From Octopus sinensis (Eukaryota): a stretch of 64,000 bases of DNA. The translations under genes and the position numbers were made by a program. The stretch's first letter is position 1. The number at the start of each line of letters is the position of its first letter. Of this stretch, positions 63,924 through 64,000 are shown in pieces. The DNA is taken from contig NC_042997.1 in NCBI RefSeq assembly GCF_006345805.1, forward strand, positions 115,506,001 through 115,570,000. Direction: 5' to 3'. Under the pieces are notes generated by a model that saw only the letters and a program-made list of their open reading frames with translations, was not told the origin of the DNA and did not search any database.

Positions 63924-64000
63924 CAGTAATCTCTAGACTATCGCGGGTGTTACGTTCCAAAAACCATCGCGATAGGTGAAAATCCGCGAGTAGAAACAGT
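63924..64000 (+). mobile_element. Left end of a pogo/Tigger-like DNA transposon or MITE, running off the window
   Basis: TA|cagtaatctctagactatcgcgggtgttacgttcc..cgcgataggtgaaaatccgcg resembles Tigger termini. Confidence 0.65.

Overview
This is AT-rich, gene-poor eukaryotic DNA. The SINE and LINE repertoire and the microsatellite load point to a coleoid cephalopod, most likely Octopus (inferred from family resemblance, no database search). A 100-N scaffold gap lies at 27469-27568. No host protein-coding gene can be supported, and almost all long ORFs in the track are translations of microsatellites. Mobile elements: a near full-length Dong/R4-clade RLE retrotransposon (2163-6159) plus about eight Dong fragments, nearly all at (TAA)n; a nearly intact DD34D mariner (50991-52282) and four mariner relics; Tx1/L1, RTE and CR1/L2-like fragments; three Penelope-type GIY-YIG relics; piggyBac- and Tigger-like MITEs; and dozens of tRNA-derived SINEs. 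Highlights: (1) a full-length U6 copy ending in exactly four T and fused to a SINE 3' tail, with ACAGAGA changed to ACGGAGA; (2) minimal hammerhead-ribozyme motifs, one in a cassette running Penelope endonuclease end > tRNA-like Pol III promoter > (TAA)n > hammerhead; (3) an ORF1-only ('half-LINE') Tx1-like element in a three-layer nested insertion; (4) a co-oriented train of Dong-type insertions in one TAA array, including a non-coding 557-bp passenger; (5) several recent tandem and fold-back duplications that may be real or long-read assembly artefacts.
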